From assembly GCA_965204375.1 (NCBI GenBank), contig OZ241986.1, positions 6,080,001-6,144,000 of the forward strand: a stretch of DNA of 64,000 nucleotides, given 5' to 3'. The stretch's first letter is position 1. Every line of letters starts with the position of its first letter. The translations under genes were made by a program, and so were the position numbers. The stretch is from Candidatus Latescibacterota bacterium (GTDB lineage Bacteria > Latescibacterota > UBA2968). Shown here piece by piece: positions 54,533 through 64,000 of the stretch. Under the pieces are notes generated by a model, which made no database searches, was not told the origin of the DNA, and saw only the letters and a list, made by a program, of their open reading frames with translations.

Positions 54533-57500
54533 ATGCAGCGAGCGCGAAATAGCAATCTGGAACATAGACTCATTCTGCTATCGTGGCTTAATGATCAGTT
54601 CGGGTATGAGCACAATCGTGACCTGCTCGCGGATATTAAAGACTCTGCCGAAGGATTTGATGCTGAAGGTTGCAGCTATATCTATCATCGTTTAATAGCA
54701 CGCGGTGACGCGGTGAAGATTTCGCCGGATAATCTGCGTCGGTACGACGAGAATATCTGCCAACATTTGCATGCCATGAATGCCCGCAGGTCTGAACCGA
54801 TCGTGCTGCGGTATTTCCAGTATCTGGCAGTGCTGTACACTGAAGTATTCCTTGATAGGTATTTCAACCACCGCGAAGAAACACTGCGCTCGTTGAACTA
54901 CTTTGTAGAGACACACGTTGCTGAATCACAAGATGCTAAATTCTCGGCGTCCGACCTGAAAAAGTTGGCTTTTTGGATGGCGACCGGCAGCGGCAAAACA
55001 CTCATCATGCATATCAACTACCGGCAATTCCTTCACTACAATAATCTGCCTCTGGACAATATACTGCTGATCACACCGAATGAGGGGTTGAGCGAGCAAC
55101 ATCTCGATGAAATGGCGGCTTCGAATGTCCCGTGCCAACGCTTTGAACTGAACGAGAGTGGCTTACTAACGACCACAAAAGATGTGGTGAGGGTCATTGA
55201 GATTACCAAGCTGGTGGAGCAAAAGCGTGGAGGTGGGGTGAGCGTGCCAGTGGAAGCATTTGAGGGCAATAATCTGATCTTCGTAGATGAGGGGCACAAA
55301 GGTTCGGGGGGCGAGGCGTGGCGGTATTTCCGCGACACACTGGGAGAGACTGGTTTTACGTTTGAATACAGTGCCACGTTTGGACAAGCTCTGGCCGCAA
55401 GCGGGAGAGATGCACTTACGGCAGAATACGGAAAGGCCATTGTATTTGACTATTCCTATCGCTATTTCCACGGCGACGGCTATGGCAAAGACTTTCGCGT
55501 GCTCAATCTGAAAGAAGAGACGACAGAGCAGCAGACCGAAATGCTTTTGATGGGCAATTTGTTGTCCTTCTACGAGCAGCAATGTGTATTCGAGGAGCAG
55601 GCAGAAGTATTGCGCCCATATAATTTGGAACAACCACTGTGGGTGTTTGTTGGCGGTACGGTGAACGCGGTGTACACCAAAAACAAGCAGAAACGCAGCG
55701 ATGTGCTGACGGTGGCGCGATTCCTTCACCATGTCTTGGAGAATAAGGGCGGCTGGGCGATTAGAGCAATTGAGAAGCTCATGCAAGGTGAGACAGGGCT
55801 GATTACAGCGGGTGGACGGGATGTGTTTGAGGCAAAGTTCACTTATCTTCGACAATATAATTTTTCGCCTGAGAAAGTGTATCGAGACATCCTTGTCAAA
55901 ATTTTTTACACATCAGCAAGCGGTGGTCTGCACCTGTGCGGCATTCGGAGTGCTGATGGAGAATTGGGTCTGAAGGCGAGCGGTGCTGAGAACTACTTCG
56001 GTCTGATCTACATCGGTGACACCAGTAACTTCAAAAAGCTCGTGGAGGAAGATGACTCGGGGATGATGCTGGAAGAGGATGCCATCGTCGGTTCCCTGTT
56101 TGATGACATCAACGAACCAGATACGAACATCAATGTCCTCATTGGCGCAAAAAAGTTCATGGAGGGCTGGAATTCCTGGCGAGTTTCGAACATGGGCCTG
56201 CTAAATATCGGTCGTAGTGAGGGATCGGAAATTATCCAGCTTTTCGGTCGCGGGGTGCGTCTGCGGGGTAAGAATTTCTCTCTTAAGAGAAGTGTTGTGT
56301 TATCTCCGTCCAATGGTCAGGCAAACGGCACACATCCGGGCCACATAGGTCTGCTGGAGACGCTTAATATTTTTGCTGTGCGTGCGAACTATATGTCTCA
56401 GTTTAGGCAGTACCTGGAAAAAGAGGGAGTAGAGACTGAAGAGATGGTAGAGTTGCCCCTATCCATCCGAATCAACAAGCGTTTCTTGGAAAAAGGGCTT
56501 GTTGTACCCCGTGTGCCGGATGAACGCGATTTCGCGGTAGAGGAGGATATTGTGTTGGATCCCGACCCCTCTGTGCAGGTTTATGTCGATATGTCTCTGA
56601 AGGTTCAGACACTGGAAAGCCGGGGTGCGGACATTGTGGCTACTGATGCGCAATCGGGAGATGCGGGACCTATCCCGGACAAAAGTCTCAAGCTCGTGGA
56701 TTGGGAGAAAGCCTACTTTGACTTGCTCGATTACAAAGAACGCAAAGGCTTTGGCAACTTAATTGTACAGTCGGATGTGCCGAAGAGGATTCTCACTTAC
56801 ACCGAGCCTAAAAGTCTGTACCGCCTCGTTGCGGACGAATCAGTAGTCAAGCCACAGTCTTTTGGGGACGCGGTTCGCCTGCAAGAAGCAGTGACCAATA
56901 TTCTGCGAAAATATATGGACGCCTTCTATCGGAGCAGACGGGAGCGTTGGGAATCGGGCTATCTGGTTTACAAGACGCTCCGCGAGAGTGATCCGAATCT
57001 CAGCTTCAACCATTCGGACGAAGTCAAGGATGACGATTACGCGGGAAGGTACCTGATCAATGTCCAACAGTCCGAGAGTGAGTTGATAAGCGAGATTCAA
57101 AAATTCATCAATGACTTCGATCAACTTTGCGAGGAAGAAACAGAGGAATTGCCTCGCATTTATTTTGACCGACACCTTTATCATCCATTGCTTAGAGCGC
57201 ATAGGGATGAGATAAGGACGTCTCCCCTGGGACTGAACGACAGTGAATCGCAGTTCATTCAGGACTTGAAGAATTTTTGGGCAAGCGAAAAGGACAAATT
57301 GCTGGCCGGGGTGGAAGTGTTTCTCTTGCGGAATCTGGAACGAGGAAGGGGCGTCGGCTTTTTTGAGGAAAGGGGCTTCTATCCTGACTTTATTTTATGG
57401 ATCATAGCCGAGCAGCAGCACATCGTTTTCGTAGAGCCGCATGGGATGCTTCACGCGAATGCGTACAGGCACGACGACAAAGCGAGGCTTCACGAAAGGC

Positions 57501-57715
57501 TACCTGAATTGGGAAGAGAAATAGGAATGAGAAGCAATAGACAAGACGTAACGCTGGATTCGTATATTATTTCCGCTACGCCATACGAGGATCTCTACCA
57601 GAGATACGACAATGGTTCATGGGGTGTAGCAGAATTTGCCGATGCGCATATTCTTTTTTTGGAACAAGACAATTATATGAAGCGGATATTTGAAGAACAG
57701 TTGACACAAGTCTGA
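54533..57715 (+). CDS. res: Type III R-M restriction subunit (Res)
   Basis: MATGSGKT, VDEGH, YSATF, EGWN, QLFGRGVR, C-terminal YPDF...EP. Confidence 0.92.
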   Translation: MQRARNSNLEHRLILLSWLNDQFGYEHNRDLLADIKDSAEGFDAEGCSYIYHRLIARGDAVKISPDNLRRYDENICQHLHAMNARRSEPIVLRYFQYLAVLYTEVFLDRYFNHREETLRSLNYFVETHVAESQDAKFSASDLKKLAFWMATGSGKTLIMHINYRQFLHYNNLPLDNILLITPNEGLSEQHLDEMAASNVPCQRFELNESGLLTTTKDVVRVIEITKLVEQKRGGGVSVPVEAFEGNNLIFVDEGHKGSGGEAWRYFRDTLGETGFTFEYSATFGQALAASGRDALTAEYGKAIVFDYSYRYFHGDGYGKDFRVLNLKEETTEQQTEMLLMGNLLSFYEQQCVFEEQAEVLRPYNLEQPLWVFVGGTVNAVYTKNKQKRSDVLTVARFLHHVLENKGGWAIRAIEKLMQGETGLITAGGRDVFEAKFTYLRQYNFSPEKVYRDILVKIFYTSASGGLHLCGIRSADGELGLKASGAENYFGLIYIGDTSNFKKLVEEDDSGMMLEEDAIVGSLFDDINEPDTNINVLIGAKKFMEGWNSWRVSNMGLLNIGRSEGSEIIQLFGRGVRLRGKNFSLKRSVVLSPSNGQANGTHPGHIGLLETLNIFAVRANYMSQFRQYLEKEGVETEEMVELPLSIRINKRFLEKGLVVPRVPDERDFAVEEDIVLDPDPSVQVYVDMSLKVQTLESRGADIVATDAQSGDAGPIPDKSLKLVDWEKAYFDLLDYKERKGFGNLIVQSDVPKRILTYTEPKSLYRLVADESVVKPQSFGDAVRLQEAVTNILRKYMDAFYRSRRERWESGYLVYKTLRESDPNLSFNHSDEVKDDDYAGRYLINVQQSESELISEIQKFINDFDQLCEEETEELPRIYFDRHLYHPLLRAHRDEIRTSPLGLNDSESQFIQDLKNFWASEKDKLLAGVEVFLLRNLERGRGVGFFEERGFYPDFILWIIAEQQHIVFVEPHGMLHANAYRHDDKARLHERLPELGREIGMRSNRQDVTLDSYIISATPYEDLYQRYDNGSWGVAEFADAHILFLEQDNYMKRIFEEQLTQV

Positions 57716-57809
57716 GTGAGTAGAGCGGCACGATTGGAAATGGAAACCACTTGACCGAATTTCAGGCGTGTATTATATACGCCGATGCAAGTTTGGAAAG
57801 GAGGTCGAT

Positions 57810-58127
57810 ATGAGTGTACCCGAGCTACTCGAAAAAGCCCAATTTGTCGTGGACGCTGGCGGCGAGAAAAAATCGGTGCTGCTTGACTATGCGACTTGGG
57901 AGGCGTTGTTGACCTTATTGGAAGACCTGGAAGACATAGAGGAGATTCGCCATCTCCGCGATTCAGGTGAAGAAGTAATTCCAGGGGAACAGGCTAGAGC
58001 AGAACTGCGATTGAATGACAAATCATCACGCCCTTTTGGATTGTGCGCTGGAGAGTTCACAGTGCCCGATGATTTCGACAATCCATTGCCGGAGTATGTG
58101 ATTGAAGAATTTGAGGGTAAAAGATAA
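57810..58127 (+). CDS. Antitoxin-like protein, apparently chimeric
   Basis: GGAGG RBS; QFVVD..G.KK.VLL...EDLED first part and RPFGLCAGEFTVPDDFD.PLP tail. Confidence 0.65.
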   Translation: MSVPELLEKAQFVVDAGGEKKSVLLDYATWEALLTLLEDLEDIEEIRHLRDSGEEVIPGEQARAELRLNDKSSRPFGLCAGEFTVPDDFDNPLPEYVIEEFEGKR

Positions 58128-58265
58128 ATGAGGCTTCTGCTAGATACTCACATCTTCCTCTGGCTCATAACCGGCGACCAACGTCTGCCAGAAGCCATGC
58201 AGAGGGATATTCTCAACACACTCATACGAGTTTGGAAATTACCACTACAAAGGAGAAAAAAATGA
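58128..58265 (+). pseudogene. Truncated VapC/PIN toxin
   Basis: Manual translation MRLLLDTHIFLWLITGDQRLP...; only 45 codons, similarity lost after about 30. Confidence 0.75.
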
Positions 58266-58909
58266 AAGTGCTGATTTTGTCGGGACCGAACCATCGGTTT
58301 GATGCAAGTGCCGAGGTTATCAATGGGTTTTTGGGCGCTCAGGACGATTTGTCTGTGGCGCTTGAAGACGATAAGGATGTGCTGACTTCAGATGCTTTGA
58401 ACGATTTTGATGTGCTGGTACACGGTACGGGATTTACGCGCACAGAGCGGGATGCGGATGGAACGGTGAATCGCTTGCCGGATTTGACGCCTGAGCAAGA
58501 AGCGGGATTATTTGATTTTGTGGTGGGCGGCAAAGGTCTGGTGGGTATCCACGGTACGGCCTGGTGGATTGGCGGGAGGGCTGTGGATTTGATTGGCGGA
58601 CACGCAAACTGGCATCCGCCGGGATTGACGTTCACCGTGAATATTGCGGATGATGCACACCCCATTACACAGGGTGTGGATGATTTTGAAGTGGAAGACG
58701 AGATTTATATGTCGGCATGGGATCCCGCTGTTCACATTTTGGCAACCGCGGATTGGAGCGATAAGCAGCATCCCATGGCCTGGGTGAAGGGTTATGGCGA
58801 AGGACGCGTATTTTACACGACTCTGGGACACGGGCCAGGTACATTTGAGCGGGCGGGGATGCAGCAATTGGTGACGCAGGGCGTGAGGTGGGCTGGAGGG
58901 AACTCGTAA
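58262..58909 (+). CDS. ThuA-like (class I glutamine amidotransferase fold) protein
   Basis: GGKGLVGIH, HPITQG, EDEIY, G.GRVFYT.LGH. Confidence 0.88.
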   Translation: MKVLILSGPNHRFDASAEVINGFLGAQDDLSVALEDDKDVLTSDALNDFDVLVHGTGFTRTERDADGTVNRLPDLTPEQEAGLFDFVVGGKGLVGIHGTAWWIGGRAVDLIGGHANWHPPGLTFTVNIADDAHPITQGVDDFEVEDEIYMSAWDPAVHILATADWSDKQHPMAWVKGYGEGRVFYTTLGHGPGTFERAGMQQLVTQGVRWAGGNS

Positions 58910-59559
58910 TGCTTAGATTTGCCGAAGAACTTATGCTTCTCATACTCGACGATGAGAATGGGCGGTTTGCGCGTGTGCCAGACAGGTTGATGCGGTATGC
59001 GCTTGCCGGTGGTGTGTTGATGGATTTGGCGCTGGAAAATCGGATTGACACAGACCTCGAAAAACTGATCCTCGTCGATTCGACGCCAGTTGGGGATAGC
59101 TTGCTCGATCCGACGCTGGCGGATATTGCAGAGGCGGACGATACTAAGGATGCGCGCTTTTGGGTGGAGCGCACCGCGCTTCGCGCCGATACGATTCGAG
59201 AGGAGGCTCTCAATCGGCTTTTAGAACAGGGTATTCTCAGGCGCGAAGAGGACCGGTTCATGTGGGTATTCCAGTCGCGACGCTATCCCATTGTTGACAA
59301 TACAGCCGAGCGCGAGGTCAAGCTGAGGATTATGGAGGTGTTGTTTAGCGACCAGATCCCCGGTCCGCGCGATGTCGTGATTATCGGTCTGGCGCATGCA
59401 TGTGATATATTTAAGGAGATTCTGTCCGCACGCGAACTGGCGCGTGTTGCCGATCGGATTGATCAGGTGCGAAAGCTGGATTTGATCGGTCAGGCTATGT
59501 CGCAGGCGATTACAGATATCGAGCTATCACTCGCTCTCGCCGTGCAGATGATGCCGTGA
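58909..59559 (+). CDS. GOLPH3/Vps74 (GPP34) family protein
   Basis: AEELMLL.LD...G, LAGG.L.DLAL..RI, GD.LLD, RRYP. Confidence 0.85.
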   Translation: MLRFAEELMLLILDDENGRFARVPDRLMRYALAGGVLMDLALENRIDTDLEKLILVDSTPVGDSLLDPTLADIAEADDTKDARFWVERTALRADTIREEALNRLLEQGILRREEDRFMWVFQSRRYPIVDNTAEREVKLRIMEVLFSDQIPGPRDVVIIGLAHACDIFKEILSARELARVADRIDQVRKLDLIGQAMSQAITDIELSLALAVQMMP

Positions 59560-59561
59560 TA

Positions 59562-59615
59562 AGGGAGAAGTGGGAAGTGTGAAGGTTGAAGTAGTTTGCG
59601 GTTTCAAACCGCAAA
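59562..59615. repeat. Heptamer repeat followed by a GTAG-type REP-like palindrome
   Basis: gaagtgggaagtgtgaaggttgaa, then GTAG-TTTGCGGTTT-C-AAACCGCAAA. Confidence 0.55.
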
Positions 59616-59626
59616 AGGGTGCATAG

Positions 59627-59659
59627 AAAAGCCGCCTTGCTGAAGGGCGGCTTTTTTTT
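59627..59659. terminator. Bidirectional terminator
   Basis: aaaagccgcc...ggcggctttttttt. Confidence 0.75.
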
Positions 59660-59666
59660 GTGCAGT

Positions 59667-60950
59667 TTAAGTCTGAAGGTCTGCAGGATCGTTGATGCGC
59701 GCGCCTTCAGGGGCGGAAATTGAGCCTGCGAGCAATGGATCGTCGGTTGTTTCCATCCAGGTTTGGAGGCGATGGCGCAGGTCGTTGATCGCGTCTTGAT
59801 ATTTGGGGTCAGAGGCGAGATTGTTGGTCTCATGGGGGTCAAAAATGAGGTCGTAGAGCTGTTCAGGGGGTTGGTTTTTCTGCCGCCAGCCCTGGGCGAG
59901 AAAGTAGGATTTGCTGGGGCTACCGTCGCAGTTGATGTCGCCTGGGCGCTGTGTGGGATACCAGTGGCGAATGTATTTCCATTTTTTTGTGCGAATGGCG
60001 CGTTGTGGGTCGTAATAGCTGTGGTAGTTGATTTCTGCGAAAATTTCATCGTGAATTTCATCTGTTTCTTCGCGGACGAGTGGTCGTATGGATTTGCCTT
60101 GTAGCCAGTCTGGGTGGTCTATGCCGATCACATCGCACAAGGTGGGGAAGAGGTCAATTTGAGAGACCATGCCATCGATGACTTTGCCGCCTGAAAAACC
60201 CGGTCCGCGCATGATGAGCATGACGCCGATGCCGTGATCGGTGAGGTTGCATTTCATCATGGGGAATGCGATGCCGTGGTCTGTGGTGCTGATGACGATG
60301 GTGTTTTCGGCAAGTCCGGCATGGTCTATGGCGTTTAGGACGCGCCCGACTTCGGTATCGAGGATGCGAACGCAGGTTTTGTATGCGGCGGTGTCGTATC
60401 GGGTTTCAGGGGTGTCGGGGAAGGGCGCGGGGGGTATGCAATAGCGCGGGTCGTCTCCGGGTCCCGGTTCGGGAAAGCTGCGATGGGTGACGGTATATCC
60501 GACGTCGAGGAAGAAGGGTTTGTCGTGAGATCGGTTGATATATGCAATGGCTGCGTCGGAGGTCGCCTGTTGATTTTTAGAGGTGTCGAATATTTCGTCA
60601 TAACCGATTTCTGAGGGATCGGCTGCTGGGGGACGACCGACGTGCTGAAAACCCGATAGAGCGGTTGTGTAACCCGCTTTTTTGAGTGTGTGAACGAGGT
60701 GATGGCTATAATTGTTGAGGCGAAAACCTCGGTGTGCCAACCCCAGCATGCCGCAACTGTGGGGCGATTGTCCTGTCAGGAGTGCGGCTCGGCTTGGCGA
60801 GCAGGTCGGGTTGGCGCAAAATGCCTGGCGAAAGAGAACGCCCTGTTCGGCGAGGCGCTGAAAATTTGGGGTGGGCATGGCATGCCCAAAGGGCTGAATG
60901 TAGCGACCCGTGTCGTGAGAGTGGATGTAGAGGATGTTTGGGTGGGACAT
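59667..60950 (-). CDS. Sulfatase (N-sulfoglucosamine sulfohydrolase-like)
   Basis: PNILYIHSHD, CSPSRAALLTG, TDHG, EQLYDL..DP.E..NLA. Confidence 0.92.
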   Translation of the reverse strand: MSHPNILYIHSHDTGRYIQPFGHAMPTPNFQRLAEQGVLFRQAFCANPTCSPSRAALLTGQSPHSCGMLGLAHRGFRLNNYSHHLVHTLKKAGYTTALSGFQHVGRPPAADPSEIGYDEIFDTSKNQQATSDAAIAYINRSHDKPFFLDVGYTVTHRSFPEPGPGDDPRYCIPPAPFPDTPETRYDTAAYKTCVRILDTEVGRVLNAIDHAGLAENTIVISTTDHGIAFPMMKCNLTDHGIGVMLIMRGPGFSGGKVIDGMVSQIDLFPTLCDVIGIDHPDWLQGKSIRPLVREETDEIHDEIFAEINYHSYYDPQRAIRTKKWKYIRHWYPTQRPGDINCDGSPSKSYFLAQGWRQKNQPPEQLYDLIFDPHETNNLASDPKYQDAINDLRHRLQTWMETTDDPLLAGSISAPEGARINDPADLQT

Positions 60951-60978
60951 TGAATTCTCCTGTGATTATTCACTGATG

Positions 60979-62394
60979 TCACGCATGAGATAGATATGCT
61001 CGAAGGTGTTTGAGGGCACGGCCATTGTCTATTGCTTCTCGCGCCTGTCGAATTGCATCGTGGGGATCGGCGGTGAGACCGAGCAGGTAATCTGTGAGGG
61101 CTGTATTGAGTACAATGCGGTCGTAAACAGGGCCTTTTTTCCCAGATAGAGATGCAAGGCCGAGTTTTGCAAAGGTCTGTGTATCGACGGCTTTGGGGCG
61201 TGGATTTTGTGTGTAGTGAAAGCCGTAAGTGGCGGGATTGATATCGCAAGCATAAGTTTGATTGGCGCGAAAGCCCTGTGAAAAATTGATGGCGTTCCGC
61301 GTTTTATCGGTGGGTTTTCCCAGGCGAAGGGAAAAGTGGCTGGTGCCTTCTTCCCCTTTGATCGCTACTGCAGATGTAAATCCGGTCTCGCGTGCGATTT
61401 TCAGAAGGGGGATTTCGTATCCCGAATGGTAATAACCGATGACAATGTGATTGCTGCCAGCACAGGTGAAGAGTTGTTGCGCTTTTTCTGTGGCAGACCA
61501 CGGGGGGCGTTTGCCTATGTGGGCGCGAAGGTCGCGGGCTGCGTAAGCCAATGGCGCATATTCGCGTTGGCTGATGTAAGCAAAGCCAATCTCGGGATTT
61601 TCGAGTCGTTCTGCTGCTTCTGAAAGCGACAAATTGGTGCGGGCATTGAGGGCGTTGAGGATCAGTTCGTCGGTAACACCCCATTTGGGGGGCATGGCAT
61701 CTACACCGTGAAGCACGGTGGGGCGACCGAGAGCCGCGCGCAGTGCCGCAATAAAAAGGGTGGGTTTGAAGTAGCGGGTTGAGCCATTGTAGGGTTGACC
61801 AAAGTGGGTGAGGTTATTCACCTGTACTGCGTGGATGCGTTCGGGTGCAAAGGTCGAGTGGAGGTATCCTCGCACCTCGTCATAGGATTCGAGGTTCATG
61901 CGCTGGCCGATCAGCGCGGCACCTTTGAGGCTGCCGCGAACACTGTCGGTGAGAATAGCTTCGCACATAAGGTGCGTTTGGTCGTAGGTGAGGTGTCGTC
62001 CAGCGAGAATGGTTTTTAGCGAGGCAATGACGGTTTGCTCGTCGGGTGATTCTGCGGGACAGTGATCTTTTAGGCCGAAGATATATTGCAGGTCTGGTGG
62101 GAGGTGGGTTTGTAGAAGGGGGGTATATTGTTCAAAGGTATTGATTTCCACCTGGCTCCAGGCTGTTTTGGGCGGGTAATTGCGCCGCAGACGCATCGCG
62201 GCAAAAAAGGCTCCCATCTGGATATCGGAGACCGGATGATGCGCTTTGTTTTGCAGCGTATTGAGGATGGCATCCAGTACGGGTTGTGGCTGTGGATCGC
62301 TGGATTTGTTGCCCAAAGGACGAGATTGCGTGGGGCCTGTACACACGCGCGCCTGGGCTTCGAGGACGAGGGGATTGGGGTCGGATAGTGGCAT
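60979..62394 (-). CDS. Anthranilate phosphoribosyltransferase-like (YbiB-type) protein
   Basis: LIGQRMN.E, G.PY.G..R, LHGV..MPPK.G, KRPP...EK, KGEEG, A.EAID.G.A; start uncertain. Confidence 0.75.
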   Translation of the reverse strand: MPLSDPNPLVLEAQARVCTGPTQSRPLGNKSSDPQPQPVLDAILNTLQNKAHHPVSDIQMGAFFAAMRLRRNYPPKTAWSQVEINTFEQYTPLLQTHLPPDLQYIFGLKDHCPAESPDEQTVIASLKTILAGRHLTYDQTHLMCEAILTDSVRGSLKGAALIGQRMNLESYDEVRGYLHSTFAPERIHAVQVNNLTHFGQPYNGSTRYFKPTLFIAALRAALGRPTVLHGVDAMPPKWGVTDELILNALNARTNLSLSEAAERLENPEIGFAYISQREYAPLAYAARDLRAHIGKRPPWSATEKAQQLFTCAGSNHIVIGYYHSGYEIPLLKIARETGFTSAVAIKGEEGTSHFSLRLGKPTDKTRNAINFSQGFRANQTYACDINPATYGFHYTQNPRPKAVDTQTFAKLGLASLSGKKGPVYDRIVLNTALTDYLLGLTADPHDAIRQAREAIDNGRALKHLRAYLSHA

Positions 62395-62610
62395 AGATGG
62401 AAAAGTATTGCGGGGATGTGGTGTTGTCAAGAGATTGAGTGAGGGAGACGCTGTTGCCTTTCTGCTTGACGCAAGCGCAAAGTGCAAGGATAAAGTCACA
62501 GAGGGTTTAAAAGTGCTATACATCCCCCCAATTTGTTTGTATTATGTTTTCCATTAGTCTCATTCTGTATTTCGTTGGATAGTATAAATCAAAAACTGAG
62601 GAATTTTCCA

Positions 62611-64000
62611 ATGTTTTTCAGATGTTCTCGTTTCGCTTTTCTGATGGGACTGTTTCTATCCCGTGATGCATTTGCACAGGAAGCTTTGACCGGCGAGTCG
62701 TCTGGCGCAATACAGATGGTTATTGACGTATTGAATGCAGGCTTAAGTGCGATAACCAATTTTCTATCTTCGATTATATTTTTTGATTTTGGCCTGGGTA
62801 TTCCACTCGTCATTATTGTGCTTGTAGGTGGTGGCATTTATTACTCTTTTTATTGTCGCTGGATCTCTCTGCGCGGAATAAAACATTCGATTGATGTGAT
62901 TCGCGGAGGGTATGACAATCCGGATCATCCCGGTGAAATTTCGCATTTTAAGGCATTGACCAGTGCGTTGTCTGCCACTGTGGGCCAGGGGAATATCGCG
63001 GGTGTAGCGATTGCTGTGAGTGCCGGTGGTCCCGGTGCTGTTTTCTGGATGATTGTCACGGCTTTTTTGGGTATGGCGTCCAAGTTTGTATCCTGTACTC
63101 TGGCGGTGATGTACAGAAGAATCCATCCCGATGGGCGCGTGTCGGGTGGTCCGATGTACTATCTGGAACAAGGCTTAAAAGAAAAAGGACTTGGGATTTT
63201 GGGGCGCGTAATGGCCGTGATTTTTGCCGTGCTGACAGTCGGTGGTTCTCTGGGCATCGGCAATATGTTTCAGGTGAATCAGACAGTTGAAATGCTCGGT
63301 ACTGTATCCGAGGGATTTAAGACTTATAACTGGGTTGTCGGGCTTTTAATGGCAGGGGTAGTAGGCGTTGTCATTAGTGGAGGTATCAAGCGCATTGGCA
63401 CTGTCACAGCGGGCATTGTACCCTTCATGTGTGGATTGTACGTGCTCACATCCTTTCTCATTATTCTCGCGCGTATTACCGAATTGCCCAATCTGATTGC
63501 GAATATCATTTCTCAGGCGTTTATACCTGAAGCTATGTATGGCGGTTTCATGGGGGCTTTGGTTCAAGGGGTACGCAGAGCGGCTTTTTCCAACGAAGCG
63601 GGGTTGGGGTCTGCGGCATTTGCCCATGCGGCAGCCAAAACCGATGAGCCTGTGCGCCAGGGGATAGTGGCGATGATTGGGCCTTTTATTGACACCGTTA
63701 TTATATGTTTAATGACGGCATTGGTTTGTATGATTACGGGTGCGTATCAGTTGCCTGAATTTCAAGGACAAAGTGGGTATCTCGTGGGAATCCAGATGAC
63801 ATCTGTGGCATTTGATTCGTTCGCGCCCGGGTCGCGTTATGTCATCGCAGTTGTGGCAATGTTCTTTGCCTATACGACGTTGATCGCGTGGGCATATTAC
63901 GGCGAGCGAGCGTGGGAATATCTTTTTGGATTGCGATCTACTCTGACGTATCGAATTGTTTTTGTGTGCTTTGTATTTATCGGGTCTGTCACCGCGCTAA
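62611..64000 (+). CDS. Alanine/glycine:cation symporter (partial, runs off window end)
   Basis: Not in the ORF track. Manual translation GEISHFKALTSALSATVGQGNIAGVAIA...GGPGAVFWM, GGPMYY, FSNEAGLGSA. Confidence 0.93.
   Translation, partial: MFFRCSRFAFLMGLFLSRDAFAQEALTGESSGAIQMVIDVLNAGLSAITNFLSSIIFFDFGLGIPLVIIVLVGGGIYYSFYCRWISLRGIKHSIDVIRGGYDNPDHPGEISHFKALTSALSATVGQGNIAGVAIAVSAGGPGAVFWMIVTAFLGMASKFVSCTLAVMYRRIHPDGRVSGGPMYYLEQGLKEKGLGILGRVMAVIFAVLTVGGSLGIGNMFQVNQTVEMLGTVSEGFKTYNWVVGLLMAGVVGVVISGGIKRIGTVTAGIVPFMCGLYVLTSFLIILARITELPNLIANIISQAFIPEAMYGGFMGALVQGVRRAAFSNEAGLGSAAFAHAAAKTDEPVRQGIVAMIGPFIDTVIICLMTALVCMITGAYQLPEFQGQSGYLVGIQMTSVAFDSFAPGSRYVIAVVAMFFAYTTLIAWAYYGERAWEYLFGLRSTLTYRIVFVCFVFIGSVTAL

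Overview
64 kb of bacterial chromosome, about 50-55% GC by eye. The gene content (sulfatases, BNR-4 protein, UPF0182, many toxin-antitoxin relics) and a Fibrobacter-like LexA box suggest an FCB-group organism, possibly a sponge symbiont; this is inference only. The housekeeping backbone includes a complete suf operon, lexA, dprA, murQ, an atypical clpX divergent from rqcH, and folD under a ZMP/ZTP riboswitch. Two AT-richer defence hotspots interrupt it. (1) About 2.1-10.6 kb: an ABC-ATPase/TOPRIM(DUF3226-like) pair, a Fic gene, a C5-methyltransferase with a GHKL-type restriction enzyme, a second ATPase and an HNH nuclease. (2) About 47.2-58.3 kb: a type III R-M system whose mod and res genes are separated by four cargo genes (Fic, two unknowns and a metallo-beta-lactamase-fold hydrolase). 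The tightly coupled unknown-unknown-MBL trio is the best candidate for an undescribed system. Other notable signals are terminator-like hairpins with a compensatory base-pair change inside the 5' ends of two tandem paralogues, a TA pair inside the suf operon, a stand-alone PqqD/RRE two-gene unit, a sigma54 promoter on dprA, and several deletion scars. I saw no rRNA, tRNA, CRISPR array, integrase or transposase. All family assignments come from motif recognition by eye, not from database searches.
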